From the NCBI GenBank assembly GCA_945874145.1, contig CAMCFN010000005.1:12023-76022 (forward strand): 64,000 nt of DNA, given 5' to 3'. Shown one piece after another: positions 9,020-22,862 of the stretch. Each line of letters opens with the position of its first letter. Position 1 is the first letter of the stretch. The notes beneath the pieces were generated by a model. The model did not search any database, was not told the origin of the DNA, and saw nothing but the letters and a program-made list of their open reading frames with translations. The stretch is from Akkermansia muciniphila. Its GTDB lineage: Bacteria > Verrucomicrobiota > Verrucomicrobiia > Limisphaerales > SXTU01. The translations under genes and the position numbers were made by a program.

Positions 9020-10546
9020 TTACTGCCGGGGAAGCTGATTCAAGGTGTAATACGCCGCGTCGTGCAGCAGCAGCTTGCCCTGCGCTGACTTCACGCCCGT
9101 CGCCTTGAGCTCGTGGACGTGTCCCTCCACCAGGCCTTCGATCTTCAGGCGCACGCTGCGGCCATCCGTCGCGACCTTGGCGGAAACAATCTTGGGCGTG
9201 CCCTTGTCCACCTCCGGACTGCCGTAAGCACTCTGGTAGATGTAAGTGTAGTTCTCCATCGTATAGCTCGCCGCATCACCGGCAGCCGCGACGTCCACCG
9301 GTTCGGTGAAAGTCAGCTCGAAGCCATCGGGCTTGGCGCGCATCTCGTGGATCTCAAACGGGGTCTTGCCGTTCCAGATCAGGCGGTCGAGCGCGAAGGG
9401 CTTGCCGCCGCGCGCACCCCAACCACGGTCGGTGCCAAAGACAAACAAGGACGCATCGCTGGCGAACTCCAGGCCGAGCGCACCAGAGCCGAAGCCGGCC
9501 TTGAACAGGAAGCATGCGCCTTGGTAGTTCTCCCCGTCCGCCGTCTTTTCGAGGAATACGCGCATCACGGTAGAGTGCGTCTGGTCGCCGACAAAGAGCT
9601 GGTCCTTGAACGGGCCGAACTTGCCGCCGCTCACGTCGCAAGCAATGCCGGCGGCGCTCTGGCCCATCTTGCCGTAGGGGAAATAAACGGCGGGCGGGAG
9701 GAGTTCAGGAATGCGCTTGGCCTCGTCGTAAAGCCGGCCACCGCTGGTCGGCTCGGCGGGCTTCTTCAGGCCGGCCTTGAGAATCGCGTCCTTCGTCATC
9801 GGCTCATCGAACCACTTGTTGCCGCCCGGATGCCCGATGAACGCGCCGGGCTTGAGCCAGTGCAACTTGCACGCGCCGTTCCACGGTCCTTGGTTGTCCG
9901 TGTAGAAGACTTCGCCCAGTGCGTTGAAACCGATGCCGCCGGGCGAGCGGATGCCCGAGTTCGCAGGCGTGACCTTACCGTCCGCCGACACGCGCACGCA
10001 CCAGCCACGATAGGGATTGCTGCTGTTGAACGAGCCGGTGAGGCAGAGCACGACCCAGATGTCCCCGTTGCGGTCGAACTGCGATCCAAACGCATACTCG
10101 TGGTAGTCGCCGTTGATGCCCCACATGTCGGTGACGGTCTCGACCACGTCGGCGCGACCGTCGCCGTTGGTGTCCTTGAGCCGGGAAATCTCGCCGCGCT
10201 GCGTGGCGTAAATCCAGCCGTCGCGCGTGGCAAGGCCGAGGACCTCATGCAGGCCGCTGGCAAAGCGCGTCCACTTCGGCTGGGCTGGCTCGCCGCGAAC
10301 GCCTTCGGCAATCCAGACATCCCCGATGCGCGTGGCGCAAGCCAGCTTGTCTGGCCCGAGGAACAGCAGCGAACCCGCTTCAAACTGCACGCCGGGCGGC
10401 GTGGGCAGCGTGACCATGCGGTAGAACTCCGCCTCGCGCTCGGCCGTGCCGGGCGCGGGACCTTTCTTGTCGGCGGCAGGGAGACTCAACGTCAACCCCG
10501 GCAGCAGGACTGCGAGCAGTCGGAACAGGGAAACTTTCGTTTGCAT
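9020..10546 (-). CDS. Secreted beta-propeller, sorbosone/glucose dehydrogenase-like (DUF7133-type) protein
   Basis: Start moved to ATG 10546 ([17 protein letters not shown] signal peptide). Motifs [29 protein letters not shown] are typical of PVC membrane-bound dehydrogenase domains. Confidence 0.8.
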   Translation of the reverse strand: MQTKVSLFRLLAVLLPGLTLSLPAADKKGPAPGTAEREAEFYRMVTLPTPPGVQFEAGSLLFLGPDKLACATRIGDVWIAEGVRGEPAQPKWTRFASGLHEVLGLATRDGWIYATQRGEISRLKDTNGDGRADVVETVTDMWGINGDYHEYAFGSQFDRNGDIWVVLCLTGSFNSSNPYRGWCVRVSADGKVTPANSGIRSPGGIGFNALGEVFYTDNQGPWNGACKLHWLKPGAFIGHPGGNKWFDEPMTKDAILKAGLKKPAEPTSGGRLYDEAKRIPELLPPAVYFPYGKMGQSAAGIACDVSGGKFGPFKDQLFVGDQTHSTVMRVFLEKTADGENYQGACFLFKAGFGSGALGLEFASDASLFVFGTDRGWGARGGKPFALDRLIWNGKTPFEIHEMRAKPDGFELTFTEPVDVAAAGDAASYTMENYTYIYQSAYGSPEVDKGTPKIVSAKVATDGRSVRLKIEGLVEGHVHELKATGVKSAQGKLLLHDAAYYTLNQLPRQ

Positions 10547-10583
10547 GGTGAGTGTCAGGGTGTTGGTTGGAGGAACGTTCATT

Positions 10584-13313
10584 TTACCAGGCCAGCTCCT
10601 CCACCAGCTTCGCGGTGCCATTCTTGAACTCCACGGCGACCAGCAGCTCCTGCTTGCCGCCGCTCTCGCGGACGTGCGCCTGGCCGCCGGTGAGCTTCAC
10701 GCGGACCTTGCCGTCCACGAGGAAGTTGCCGTTGCCCTTGTCCTCGATCTTCGTCCCCACGGCGGCGCGGAACTGCAGACCGGTCACGGGCTTGGTCGTG
10801 CTCAATGTGAGCGTGCGGCGCAGGCCAGTATCCGCCTCGCCGGGCAGGGCGGCGGTGAAGTCCTCCACGGCAACATCGCCAAAGGTGTAGCGGAAGGCCG
10901 GGCGTTGCTGGGCATCAATGCTGTAGCCACGGAACTGGCCGCTCGTGGTCCGGCCAGTTTCCACGGGCCAGTTTGCGCCGGGGCTGTCGAGCAGCGCGAA
11001 CTGCGGGCCAGGTGTCCACTTCACGACGTTGTAGCCCAGCGGCGGCTCATAGCCGACACCGCGTCCGGTGCGATGCCGGGCAGCATCGATGAACGGTCCC
11101 TGCCAGATCAGCGCGAGCCGCAGCTCGTTCGCATCGAAGGCAAAATTCACCTTCTCGGGAAGACCGACGCCGATGGCGCGCGACCCCGCACCATCAATGA
11201 AGTTCCGGTAAATCAACGCCTCGTTCGTCGCGACCAGTTCGAGCTTGCCGGTGACGAGGCCCGGTGGCAGTTCGGCCTGCTTGCCCTTGGCAAGGAACGT
11301 CCAGAGCGCGGCGACCTGCTTCTCGGTGTCGCCGCCGAGGATGTCGCGGTTGGCGGCCTTGCCGTCGGGCCAGAAGGGCGGCATGCGTGTGCCGGGGCGG
11401 AGCAACTGTGGATTCAGCAGGTAGCGACGGAACCAATCCCAGGTGAGCCGTTCGGCGATGGTGGTGAGGTCCAGGGCCGGCACGCCGAGCGAAGGCTTGC
11501 CCGCGAAGTTGTGGCAGGCGATGCAACTCAGCCCGCCAGTGCCGGCGAGTTTGTGACCTTGTTTGGCGAGAACAGCCTCCTCGGTTGGCACCGGAGCAGT
11601 GCTGGCAAGCGCATCCGCTGCGGCGAAGTCGGCGACCAGATGTTTCACGTTCGCCTCGCCAAACTGCGGCATGCGCGTGGCCATGTAAGGCCGGACCGCA
11701 CCTCCCTTCCACAGTGTGCGCTCCAGCCACTCCGGGCGCAGCTTGTTCCCGACGCCCGTCAGATGCGGCGGAATGCGGCCCTCGTCGCCGAGGTCGGCCT
11801 CGATGGCCGGGCTGAAGTATTCGTTCCGGCCCGCCGCCGGCCCGCCCTTGCCATCGCGCTGATGACAGGCCACGCAGTTCAACTGTGCCAGCGTCCGGTC
11901 CAGTTTGGCCTTGGGTTCCAACGCCGTGCTCAAGGCATCCTTATTCGCAAGCATCGTGCGAAGGGCTGTCCGCTCGGCGTCGCTCAGATGATATTTCGGC
12001 GCGGCCTTGGCCGGCACGCTGGCTAGACAGCCGCCGTTGAGTTCCTTGAGCAAGTTGAAGGCAGGTGCCTTAAGCGTGGAAGCGACGCGCTCCGGGCCGG
12101 TCTGGTGGCAGCCAGCACAGCCGAGGCTGGCGAACAGCGTCTTGCCCCGCGCGGCCTTGGCCACGTCCACGGCAAATGGCGCGTCGCCAACAGGACGCAT
12201 CGGCTGGCCATCGTGGGAGAAGACTGTGGCCGGGATTTCCTGCTTGCCGATGCCGGGTCCCTTCCATTGCGCCTTCAGCTCCGTGCCACCCCCGCCATCA
12301 AAGTAGTCGAGGCCGAAAGCGTGTTCGCCGGCCTTCAGCGTCACCTTGCCTTCGCGCAATTGCGGCGGATGGATGCCATCATTGTCCACCACCCGCTTCT
12401 CGTTGATGAACAGCCGCGAGCCGTCATCCGAATCAGTGTAGAAGGTATATTCGCCGTCCTTGGGGATGGTGATGACGCCCCGAAAGCGCAGGCCGAAGGA
12501 GCCTTTCTTCAGCGCAACTTTGAGCGTGGGTGCATAGGCGACGCCCGTGGCTTTGGGCTGCGAGGCCTTTTCCAAGTCAGCGAGCTTGGTGAAGCCCTGC
12601 TCGAAGTATTCGTAGGTGAGACCGGGGAGTTTCACGTTAGTGCCGACGGGCACCTGGGTGCGCAGCAGGTAGGTGGCGATGGCACGGGACTCGCCCTCCG
12701 TGAGCCGCAGCGAGGGCATCCGGCCGGATTGCCGGGATTTCACGGGATCGCGGAGGAACGCGGCTAGGTCGTTGACGGTGAACTTGCGCGCGAGGTCGCC
12801 GAGCGAAGCGGAGCCGGCAGCGAGCGCGGTGAGGTTGACCTTCTCCTTCGAGTGCATCGGGGCGTCCTGCGGGGCGTGGCAGGCCACGCAGCCGACGGTG
12901 TGGAAGAGTTCGCGGCCGGCGTTGGCCGCGCTGGTGCTGAAGGCGGAGGGCTTGGCGGCGCTGGCGGGCTGGAGCGAGATGACGAAGTGCGTGAGGGCGT
13001 CGATGACTTCGGTGCGCTCGGCCGGCGGAAGGGAGTGCAGGGCGTCGGGCATCGTGGTGCCGGGCTTGGTGGCCTGCGGGTTGGTGAGCCAGGCGCGCAC
13101 CCATTGCGGCGTGACCTGCGCGCCGTCCTTGCCCAGGCGCGGAGCCAAGTTAGGAGCGAGGCGGGCGTTCACGCCCGGTCCGGCGGTGTGACAGGCGGTG
13201 CAGTTCAGGCTGGCGAGAAGTTCTTCGCCGTCCGGCATGACAGCTTGCACGGCAGCGGCGAGCAGGAGTGACAGGGAGATTCCCAGCCGACGGATGAGGG
13301 TGGAGCAAGACAT
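10584..13313 (-). CDS. Multi-haem c-type cytochrome with a central PA14-like domain
   Basis: Start at ATG 13313 ([21 protein letters not shown]). Five CxxCH motifs (CTACH, CVACH, CAGCH, CVACH, CIACH). PA14-like [27 protein letters not shown]. Confidence 0.85.
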   Translation of the reverse strand: MSCSTLIRRLGISLSLLLAAAVQAVMPDGEELLASLNCTACHTAGPGVNARLAPNLAPRLGKDGAQVTPQWVRAWLTNPQATKPGTTMPDALHSLPPAERTEVIDALTHFVISLQPASAAKPSAFSTSAANAGRELFHTVGCVACHAPQDAPMHSKEKVNLTALAAGSASLGDLARKFTVNDLAAFLRDPVKSRQSGRMPSLRLTEGESRAIATYLLRTQVPVGTNVKLPGLTYEYFEQGFTKLADLEKASQPKATGVAYAPTLKVALKKGSFGLRFRGVITIPKDGEYTFYTDSDDGSRLFINEKRVVDNDGIHPPQLREGKVTLKAGEHAFGLDYFDGGGGTELKAQWKGPGIGKQEIPATVFSHDGQPMRPVGDAPFAVDVAKAARGKTLFASLGCAGCHQTGPERVASTLKAPAFNLLKELNGGCLASVPAKAAPKYHLSDAERTALRTMLANKDALSTALEPKAKLDRTLAQLNCVACHQRDGKGGPAAGRNEYFSPAIEADLGDEGRIPPHLTGVGNKLRPEWLERTLWKGGAVRPYMATRMPQFGEANVKHLVADFAAADALASTAPVPTEEAVLAKQGHKLAGTGGLSCIACHNFAGKPSLGVPALDLTTIAERLTWDWFRRYLLNPQLLRPGTRMPPFWPDGKAANRDILGGDTEKQVAALWTFLAKGKQAELPPGLVTGKLELVATNEALIYRNFIDGAGSRAIGVGLPEKVNFAFDANELRLALIWQGPFIDAARHRTGRGVGYEPPLGYNVVKWTPGPQFALLDSPGANWPVETGRTTSGQFRGYSIDAQQRPAFRYTFGDVAVEDFTAALPGEADTGLRRTLTLSTTKPVTGLQFRAAVGTKIEDKGNGNFLVDGKVRVKLTGGQAHVRESGGKQELLVAVEFKNGTAKLVEELAW

Positions 13314-13413
13314 GGGATAAGTGAACTGGGACAGGAAGATGGACTTCAAGACGAGAAACCTCAGGTCAGCAGAATGAAGCCAAAGCCGTGAATCAAATTC
13401 CGACAAGCCCATC

Positions 13414-14229
13414 TCACTGCTTCGGCGCGGGCGCCGGCGTGTTCGCCGCCCCATCGCTGTTGAGCTTGCGCAGCCAGATGTTGCGGAAACGGACAGGGTT
13501 GCCGTGGTCCTGCAAGGAGAGATCGCCTTCCTGCACCTTCGTTTCCAGCTCACGGGCGTGATGCACGATGACGCCGTTATGAATCACGGTGAGGCGGGCC
13601 TTTTGCGTGACCTGGCCTTTGTCATCCAGTTTGGCGCGCTCGACTATGATGTCGTAGGTCTGCCATTGGCCGGGCTTGCGCGAGGCGTTCACGTAGGGCG
13701 GGTGCTGGTTGTAGAGCGCGGAGGCCTGGCCGTCGGGGTAAGTGTCGTTGTCGAAGGAATCGAGCACCTGCACCTCGGGCAAGCCGCCGATGAACACGCC
13801 GCTGTTGCCACGGCCCTGACTGTTGCCCTTCACTTCGACGGGCGTGGCCCACTCGATGTGCCACTGATGGTCTCCGGCAAACTTCTCCCGCGTGCGGATG
13901 CCACCGGTCTTCGGCACAATCTCGACATAGCCGCTTTCCACCTTCCATTTTGCGGTGTCGTCAGCAGGCGCGTCGGCCTTCTTTGCATCGCTCTTCCACT
14001 TGGCAAGGCTCGTGCCGTCAAAGAGCACGAGCGCATCGGACGGAGGAGGGGCGGGCTTCTCATCGGAACCCCAGTTGGACGGGGTGATCACCGGCGGACG
14101 TGGACGGGCCATGTCGCCCGGCCTCCATTTGCCGTCCGGAGTTCGCCGCTCAGATTTGGCGTCTGCGGCAGGCAGGGAAAGGGTCGCGGCGATCAGGATC
14201 AGGATGGCGGAGAAGCAAATGCTTTTCAT
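13414..14229 (-). CDS. DUF1080 (3-keto-disaccharide hydrolase-like) domain protein, secreted
   Basis: Start ATG 14229 (MKSICFSAILILIAA). Motifs LFDGTSLAKWK, NSGVFI, EVQVLDS, LQDHGNPVRFRNIWLRKL. Confidence 0.85.
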   Translation of the reverse strand: MKSICFSAILILIAATLSLPAADAKSERRTPDGKWRPGDMARPRPPVITPSNWGSDEKPAPPPSDALVLFDGTSLAKWKSDAKKADAPADDTAKWKVESGYVEIVPKTGGIRTREKFAGDHQWHIEWATPVEVKGNSQGRGNSGVFIGGLPEVQVLDSFDNDTYPDGQASALYNQHPPYVNASRKPGQWQTYDIIVERAKLDDKGQVTQKARLTVIHNGVIVHHARELETKVQEGDLSLQDHGNPVRFRNIWLRKLNSDGAANTPAPAPKQ

Positions 14230-14289
14230 GGGCAAAGCAACCGACGCCACAGCGGGAGAATTGTTCGGGCGGAGTTAAAACTCACCCGA

Positions 14290-15066
<777 letters not shown>

Positions 15067-15097
15067 CGCGTCTAAAATCGTTCTGGAGTTTGCGGCG

Positions 15098-17059
<1,962 letters not shown>

Positions 17060-17060
17060 G

Positions 17061-17852
17061 TTACTTGGCCTCCTTTCCTTGGACAGCGACCAGCGCGGGC
17101 ACCGGCTTGCCGGCGTCCGCCTTCAAATCAAACTTCTTCCGTTCCACGTAATCACTGCCGACCAGCCGCAGGAAAATCGCCACCGGAATAACGCAATAGC
17201 CCACGAGCAGCGCCAAGCTGGCTCCCTTGGCAAACAACTGGATGCGCGGCCACCAGACGTGGTCACGCAAACCCAACGATTGAAACATGGCCGACAAGCC
17301 GTGCCCAAGGTGGGTGAACAGCATGGCCTGGGCGATCAGATAGAAGAGAACGACCCAAGGCACCTGGAAGCCCAGCACCATCATCGCGTAAACGTCGGGA
17401 ACCACTTCACCGTGCAGCGTGGCCGTGAGCTTGGAAAAATCCCCCACGCCGTTGATGCCTGGCAGCAGAACGGTGAAATGCGCAAGGTGATAGACAATGA
17501 ACGAGGCGATGACGATGCCGGTGGGCAGCATGTATTGCGACGCCTTGGTCGCACCGTAAGCGCCCTTGGTCGCGTAGGGCTGCGGGCGGGCGGCAGCATT
17601 GAGTTGTGCCAGAGTCACGGCGGCAAGGATGTGCAGACCGACACAGGCAAGCAGGCCGAGGCGCGCACCCCAGACCATGGCAGGCTTGGACTTGAGGAAG
17701 TGAGCGTAACCGTTGATCAACTCTGGCGGGCCAAAGACCTGCAGGTTGCCGACGAGATGGCCGATGAGGAAGATGAACAACGCCAGGCCGGTGACGGCCA
17801 TGACGTATTTCTTCCCAAGGGAGGAATTCCAGGTTCGCTCAATAATGTTCAT
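17061..17852 (-). CDS. sdhC: Succinate dehydrogenase cytochrome b (b558-type, multi-TM) subunit
   Basis: Start ATG 17852 ([23 protein letters not shown]). Several hydrophobic helices carrying His. Its stop is 1 nt upstream of the sdhA start. Confidence 0.8.
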   Translation of the reverse strand: MNIIERTWNSSLGKKYVMAVTGLALFIFLIGHLVGNLQVFGPPELINGYAHFLKSKPAMVWGARLGLLACVGLHILAAVTLAQLNAAARPQPYATKGAYGATKASQYMLPTGIVIASFIVYHLAHFTVLLPGINGVGDFSKLTATLHGEVVPDVYAMMVLGFQVPWVVLFYLIAQAMLFTHLGHGLSAMFQSLGLRDHVWWPRIQLFAKGASLALLVGYCVIPVAIFLRLVGSDYVERKKFDLKADAGKPVPALVAVQGKEAK

Positions 17853-18014
17853 TGCGGAGGGCGCGGCAGTGAGCCGCCGCTGTGCCAGCACGGAGCTGAA
17901 TGTAGGGGGGCGGGGAAAACATCGTCAACGCGCCGGAAAAAGTATAAGCGGCCCTTCCCCCCTGCATGAGCTTGAAGGGCTCGCCGGATTTGCCCAAGAC
18001 CACGATTCGTCGTT

Positions 18015-18986
18015 TCACATCAACTTCAGCTTCGGCAGATCCTGCGAGTCCACGAGGCCCACTGGCTCACGCTTGGCATTCACGACGATAAGGTCGTCAA
18101 TGTTCCGGCCGTCGAAAATCTTCAACGCCTCGGCGGCCAGCGATTCGTCCCGGATGCAAATGGGATTGCGCGTCATCACTTCGGCCAGCGGGCGCGTGAG
18201 CAGGTCGTTGTCCGTGGCCATGCGCCGGCGGAAGTCGCCGTCGGTGAAGACGCCGGCGAGTTTGCCGCGCCGGTCCACGATGGCGAGGCTGCCGCTCTTG
18301 GCCTTGGTCATTATCATCAACGCGTCGCGGACAGAGAGCGTCTGCACGGCCACGGCGTTGCGGTCCCCGGTGCGCATGATGTCGCGCACCTTCACGAGCA
18401 GCGCACGGCCAATCGCTCCGGACGGGTGGTAGCGGGCGAAGTCCTTCTGCGTGAAGCCCCGCGCCTCCAGCACGGCCATCGCGAGCGCGTCGCCCATGAC
18501 GAGCATCGCGGTGGTGCTGGCAGTGGGCGCGAGGTTGAAGGGGCAGGCCTCCTTGGGCACGCGGACGTTGAGCACCAAGTCGCTGTGGCGGCCGATGGTG
18601 GACTTGGGATTGCCGGTGAGCGCAACTAGCTTCACCACAAACCGCTTCAGCGCGGGCAGCAGGCTTACGAGTTCCTCCGACTCGCCGGAGTAACTCAGCA
18701 CCAGCACGAGGTCGCCGTCATTGACGATGCCGAGGTCGCCGTGCAACGCGTCCACGCTGCTGAGGACGACACTTGTCGAACCAGTGCTCGTAAGCGTGGC
18801 CGCGAGCTTCGCGCCGATGTTCCCGGACTTGCCGATGCCGATGATGACGAGCTTCCCGCGCCGCTTCAGCGTCTCGACGGTGAGTTCCACTGCGCAGTCG
18901 AAGGCGTCATCGAGCTGCGCGCGCACGGCACGGAGGGCGGCAAGTTCGATGTCGAAAACGCGGCGGGCTTGGGGGAGATGGCTCAT
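18015..18986 (-). CDS. kdsD: Arabinose-5-phosphate isomerase (KpsF/GutQ family; SIS + tandem CBS domains)
   Basis: GKLVIIGIGKSGNIGAKLAATLTSTG, SYSGESEE, followed by CBS-like repeats. ATG 18986 preferred over TTG 18998. Confidence 0.88.
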   Translation of the reverse strand: MSHLPQARRVFDIELAALRAVRAQLDDAFDCAVELTVETLKRRGKLVIIGIGKSGNIGAKLAATLTSTGSTSVVLSSVDALHGDLGIVNDGDLVLVLSYSGESEELVSLLPALKRFVVKLVALTGNPKSTIGRHSDLVLNVRVPKEACPFNLAPTASTTAMLVMGDALAMAVLEARGFTQKDFARYHPSGAIGRALLVKVRDIMRTGDRNAVAVQTLSVRDALMIMTKAKSGSLAIVDRRGKLAGVFTDGDFRRRMATDNDLLTRPLAEVMTRNPICIRDESLAAEALKIFDGRNIDDLIVVNAKREPVGLVDSQDLPKLKLM

Positions 18987-19056
18987 GCGCTGCGTCAAGA
19001 TGGCCGAGGCGACTGCGAACAGGCAATCAGAACTCTGTCCAACTTGGAGTTGAAGC

Positions 19057-21618
19057 TCACTTGAGCTTCTTCAATTCCACGTCCGTCCAGGCGGACTCGC
19101 GACCAGCGGTGGCGGCACGAACCTTTTTCACGAAGTCAGGCGCGACGGGGTCGTAGTCGTGGTCGAAGGCGCGGCGGAGATAGGTCATCACGGCGGCGAC
19201 CGTCTCGTCATCGAAGGTGCCGTGGCCAGGCATATCCATGTCCCATTTCTTGCCGAGAACGGTGATGGGGCCGCCGACGCCGTGCAGGATGATGCGGGCG
19301 AGACGGTCGGGCGAACCGGCCACCCACTCGCTGTCCACGAGCGGCGGGGCGAGGCCGTCCTGACCGTAGCCGTGTGCCTGATGGCACGCGGCACAGGTGG
19401 CCTCGAACATGACTTTGCCACCATCGAAGCGGGCTTGCTCGGCAGAGGTGAGCGGCTTGATGACGGGCAGCACCACGCCGGGTTTGCCGGGCCAGACGAC
19501 GACCTTGTCGAGCTTCTTGACGGCGGCCTGGATGGTTTTGTCCTCGGACTTTTCCAACGCGGCAAGCGCGGGCGGTTCGGCGGCGAGCTTTACGAGTTTC
19601 ACGCGCGGCGGCGGCTCGCCTTTCTTCGTGGAAGGCGCGGGGACGTTGAGGCTCGCGAGGACGGCAAGGGTCTGCCATTTGGGCGTCTCCTTGCGGGTGA
19701 TTTGCTCAAGGAGCTTGTTCACCCGATCGCCACGGGCCTGCTGGAAAACATTCTTCGCCAGCGCGCTGATGAAGGCCTCGCCGCCGAGAACCTTGGTTTT
19801 GTCCTCCCATGACTTGTCGTGCGTGACGCGCTCCAGCATCTCGACTTCGCGCAGCGCCAAGCCGCTGATGAGCGCATCACGGACGATGGCGTTGGTGCCG
19901 GCGTTGCGGGCCAGCACCGCCATCGCGGCCTCGGCGGTCGGTTCCTTAGCCTCGCCGAGCGTGAAGGCGAGTTGCACCTGCACGTTGAAGTCCTTCGTGT
20001 CGGCAAGGGAGACGAGCTTGAGCAGAAGCTTGTCTTTGTCAGAGGTCCTCAACAAACCGTCGGCTACGCGGATGGCGGCGGCGCGGAGCTTGCCGTGCTT
20101 CTCCTTGCCCAGCGCGGCAATCAACGTGTCGGCATCCATCTGGCCCATGCCATCGAGCGTCCAGAGCGCGTGCAGGCGCGCGCGCGGATCGGCGGCTTCG
20201 AGCGCCATCTGCTTGAGCGGCGCGAGTGCGGCAGCGGGAGACTTTTCCACCAGCAGGCGTTGCGCGGTGTCACGCCACCAACCGTTCGGGTGCGTCAGCT
20301 TGCTGACGAGGTCAGCGGGCGCGGCGGATGCAAGCTGGGGCTTCGGGCCGGGCGGCTTGCCCGTGTGGACGATGCGGTAGATGCGGCCGCGCTTGATGAC
20401 CTTGTCGAGACCGCGGTCCTCGGCCTGCTTGCGGAGGTAGCTCGTGAGAAAGACGCGGTGCTGGAGAATGCCGTGATACATGTCCACAAGGTAGAGGCAG
20501 CCGTCGGGACCGGTGTAGGCGTTGACGGGGCGGAACAGCTCATCGGTCGAGGTGAGGAACTCGGCCTCCTTGTAGGGATTCGTGCCGGTGAGTTCACCGC
20601 CCTTCTCCGTGAACACCATGCGGCGGACGAAGTTTGCGGACGGCTCCGGGATGAAGGCGTTACCCTGGAACTCAGCGGGGAAATTGTCGCCGCGATAAAT
20701 CACCGGGCCACAGGTGGCGGTGTATTTGGCGAGTGTGCCGTCAGGCTTGAGCGTGGCAGCTTGGTAGCCGCGGTTAACGCCGGGGTTTACGCGCGCGGGC
20801 CAGACGGTCTGGTCCTTCATCGGCTGCTGGGCGAGGCCGGCGGTCGTGCGGAAGAGCGGGTTGCGGAAATAATACTCGCTGGGCACAAGGTCGGTGCGGA
20901 GCTGGTCGGAGTTCGAGTTGTAGTAGGGGCGGCCCCAGTCATCCATCGTGAGGCCCCACTGGCCGCGCGAGGTGGTGGCAGAGCGCTTCCATTCTTCGTC
21001 CACGCGGCGGAAACGGGCGTTATGATTCGCAGAGACAATCCAGTTGTCCATCATCCACGTCGGGCTGTTGCCGGTGTGCTCGGGGTTCTTGAAGCCGTTT
21101 GGCGCATAGGCCTTGTCCACCATCACACGCGCGCCAGGCTTGAGGCCGGACTCGATGGGATACCAGAAGAGGGCGGGCGGTTCGCAAACCAGCACGCCGC
21201 CGTAGGCAAGGCAGAGGGCGCGGGGCATCACGAGCTTGTCGAGGAAGACGGTCTTCTTGTCCATCTTGCCGTCGCCGTCGGTGTCCTCGAGCACGCTGAT
21301 GCGGTTGATGGCCTCCATCTCACCCGCAGCGGTGGGCGTGTTCATGTAGCTGGGCATCTCAACGACCCAGAGGCGACCGTCGGCGTCCCACTGCATCGCG
21401 ATGGGCGTCTCGATGAGCGGGTCGGCGGCGACAACCTCGATGCGGAAGCCGGGCGGCAGCTTGAAGGTCTTGAGCGCGTCGGTGGCGGAGAGCGGCGGGT
21501 TGGCGGGGATTTTCTCCTTCGGCACGCGCGACTCCTGCTTTTCACCGGGTTTGTCGCCGCTCTGGGCGAGCGCGAGGGTGGTGGTCAGGAACAGCGCGGA
21601 CAGAATACGGGGCAACAT
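19057..21618 (-). CDS. PVC-type haem-binding protein: dehydrogenase-like beta-propeller + HEAT-like repeats + C-terminal cytochrome c
   Basis: Signal peptide from ATG 21618 (GTG 21633 is an alternative start). Propeller motifs DADGRLWVVEM and GPDGCLYLVDMYHG. C-terminal CAACH haem site. Confidence 0.85.
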   Translation of the reverse strand: MLPRILSALFLTTTLALAQSGDKPGEKQESRVPKEKIPANPPLSATDALKTFKLPPGFRIEVVAADPLIETPIAMQWDADGRLWVVEMPSYMNTPTAAGEMEAINRISVLEDTDGDGKMDKKTVFLDKLVMPRALCLAYGGVLVCEPPALFWYPIESGLKPGARVMVDKAYAPNGFKNPEHTGNSPTWMMDNWIVSANHNARFRRVDEEWKRSATTSRGQWGLTMDDWGRPYYNSNSDQLRTDLVPSEYYFRNPLFRTTAGLAQQPMKDQTVWPARVNPGVNRGYQAATLKPDGTLAKYTATCGPVIYRGDNFPAEFQGNAFIPEPSANFVRRMVFTEKGGELTGTNPYKEAEFLTSTDELFRPVNAYTGPDGCLYLVDMYHGILQHRVFLTSYLRKQAEDRGLDKVIKRGRIYRIVHTGKPPGPKPQLASAAPADLVSKLTHPNGWWRDTAQRLLVEKSPAAALAPLKQMALEAADPRARLHALWTLDGMGQMDADTLIAALGKEKHGKLRAAAIRVADGLLRTSDKDKLLLKLVSLADTKDFNVQVQLAFTLGEAKEPTAEAAMAVLARNAGTNAIVRDALISGLALREVEMLERVTHDKSWEDKTKVLGGEAFISALAKNVFQQARGDRVNKLLEQITRKETPKWQTLAVLASLNVPAPSTKKGEPPPRVKLVKLAAEPPALAALEKSEDKTIQAAVKKLDKVVVWPGKPGVVLPVIKPLTSAEQARFDGGKVMFEATCAACHQAHGYGQDGLAPPLVDSEWVAGSPDRLARIILHGVGGPITVLGKKWDMDMPGHGTFDDETVAAVMTYLRRAFDHDYDPVAPDFVKKVRAATAGRESAWTDVELKKLK

Positions 21619-21773
21619 GGTTTTCGAGGTCACAGTTTCAGAAAAGACACCGTGCCAGACCGACGCGGCGTGAGAGAAGTTACCGGGAAGTGCGGGCGGT
21701 GCAAGGCTGGGGGGAGTCGTGTGGGGGCAGCGTCAGCACTTGCAGTTGATCCCGGGTGCCAGCACCACAGCTT

Positions 21774-22715
21774 TCACTTCGCCAGCGCCAAGACCACGGC
21801 TCCAGTCACGGCAATGACCGCCCCAACGGTCGAGCGCTTCGTGGGCCGCTCTTGCTCCAGCCAGCGGGCAAAGGGCATCACCACCAACGGCGACAGCGCG
21901 ACGATGGGCAGCACCACGGCGGAAGGCGTGGTCTTGAGCGCCCACTGGTAACAACTCACTCCGAGCGTCGGGCCGGCGAGTGCATTGAAGGCGATCCATT
22001 TCCAGCATTTGCGCCACTTCTCCGTCGTGGACATGTCGCCCGACGCAGCCACGGCCTCAGTGCGGGCGAGGAGAAACTGCCGCTTCACCACGAGCAGTGC
22101 TAGGCCGGAGATGATCACGCCGCCAAGAATGCGTTGGTAGGCTGCGGTGATACCGTCCATCGGCTGTTCGGCGAGCCGGCAAAGCTCATACGCCTTGCGA
22201 CTCAAGACCACGCCCCCGCCCTGCCCAACCGCCCCCAGCACCGCAAAGAAAATGCCGGTGCCGAACTGCCGCCGTTGCTCATGCGTCTCGTGTTCTGGCG
22301 TAAGCGCGACCGCCACGCCAACGAGAACCACCGCCCCGCACAGCATCTGCGCCACTGACAACGTCGTGCCCAGCCACAGCCACTCCACCAGTCCGGCAAA
22401 CGGCGCGGCGAGGCAATGCACGATGAGGATGGTCAGGCGCGAGCCGAGCCGCGGGTAAGCTTGGAAGAGCGAGACATCGCCCAGCCCGAAGCCGATGCAA
22501 CCGCTCAGGATGAAGATGTAAAACCCACTGCCTGCCAGTCCCGCGCCGAAAGTGTGCGCCACCGCCGCGAGGCAGAGCGTCGCCAAGCAGAGCCGCCAAA
22601 AGTTCGCCTCCGTGCCGCCCATGAGCTTGGCCACCCGGGCGCCGGACACGGCGGAGAAGGAGAACAGGATGGTTGCGAGGATGGCCCCGAGCACGAGGCG
22701 AGTTGGTAGAGCCAC
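21774..22715 (-). CDS. EamA/DMT-family transporter
   Basis: 313 aa and almost entirely hydrophobic, about 10 predicted helices in two halves. GTG start. Confidence 0.8.
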   Translation of the reverse strand: MALPTRLVLGAILATILFSFSAVSGARVAKLMGGTEANFWRLCLATLCLAAVAHTFGAGLAGSGFYIFILSGCIGFGLGDVSLFQAYPRLGSRLTILIVHCLAAPFAGLVEWLWLGTTLSVAQMLCGAVVLVGVAVALTPEHETHEQRRQFGTGIFFAVLGAVGQGGGVVLSRKAYELCRLAEQPMDGITAAYQRILGGVIISGLALLVVKRQFLLARTEAVAASGDMSTTEKWRKCWKWIAFNALAGPTLGVSCYQWALKTTPSAVVLPIVALSPLVVMPFARWLEQERPTKRSTVGAVIAVTGAVVLALAK

Positions 22716-22862
22716 CCGGTGGCGAAGTCACGAGAATTGTCCGTGCCTGCTGAGGTTGGAAAATGTAGCTTCCTGCGGAGGAAAACCTTTACCTCGCCGC
22801 GATTTGCCGGTAACAACCGCGCCGTTCCAACGGATGTTCACGGAACCTTTGACAGCAACGCC

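Noticed and set aside
9113-12026. Plus-strand ORFs of 504 and 526 aa opposite the propeller and cytochrome genes.
   Set aside because: Same shadow-frame composition. The opposite strand carries signal peptides and CxxCH and propeller motifs.
19819-21951. 710-aa plus-strand ORF opposite the haem-binding propeller protein.
   Set aside because: A shadow frame. It also runs through the intergenic region and into the EamA gene antisense.
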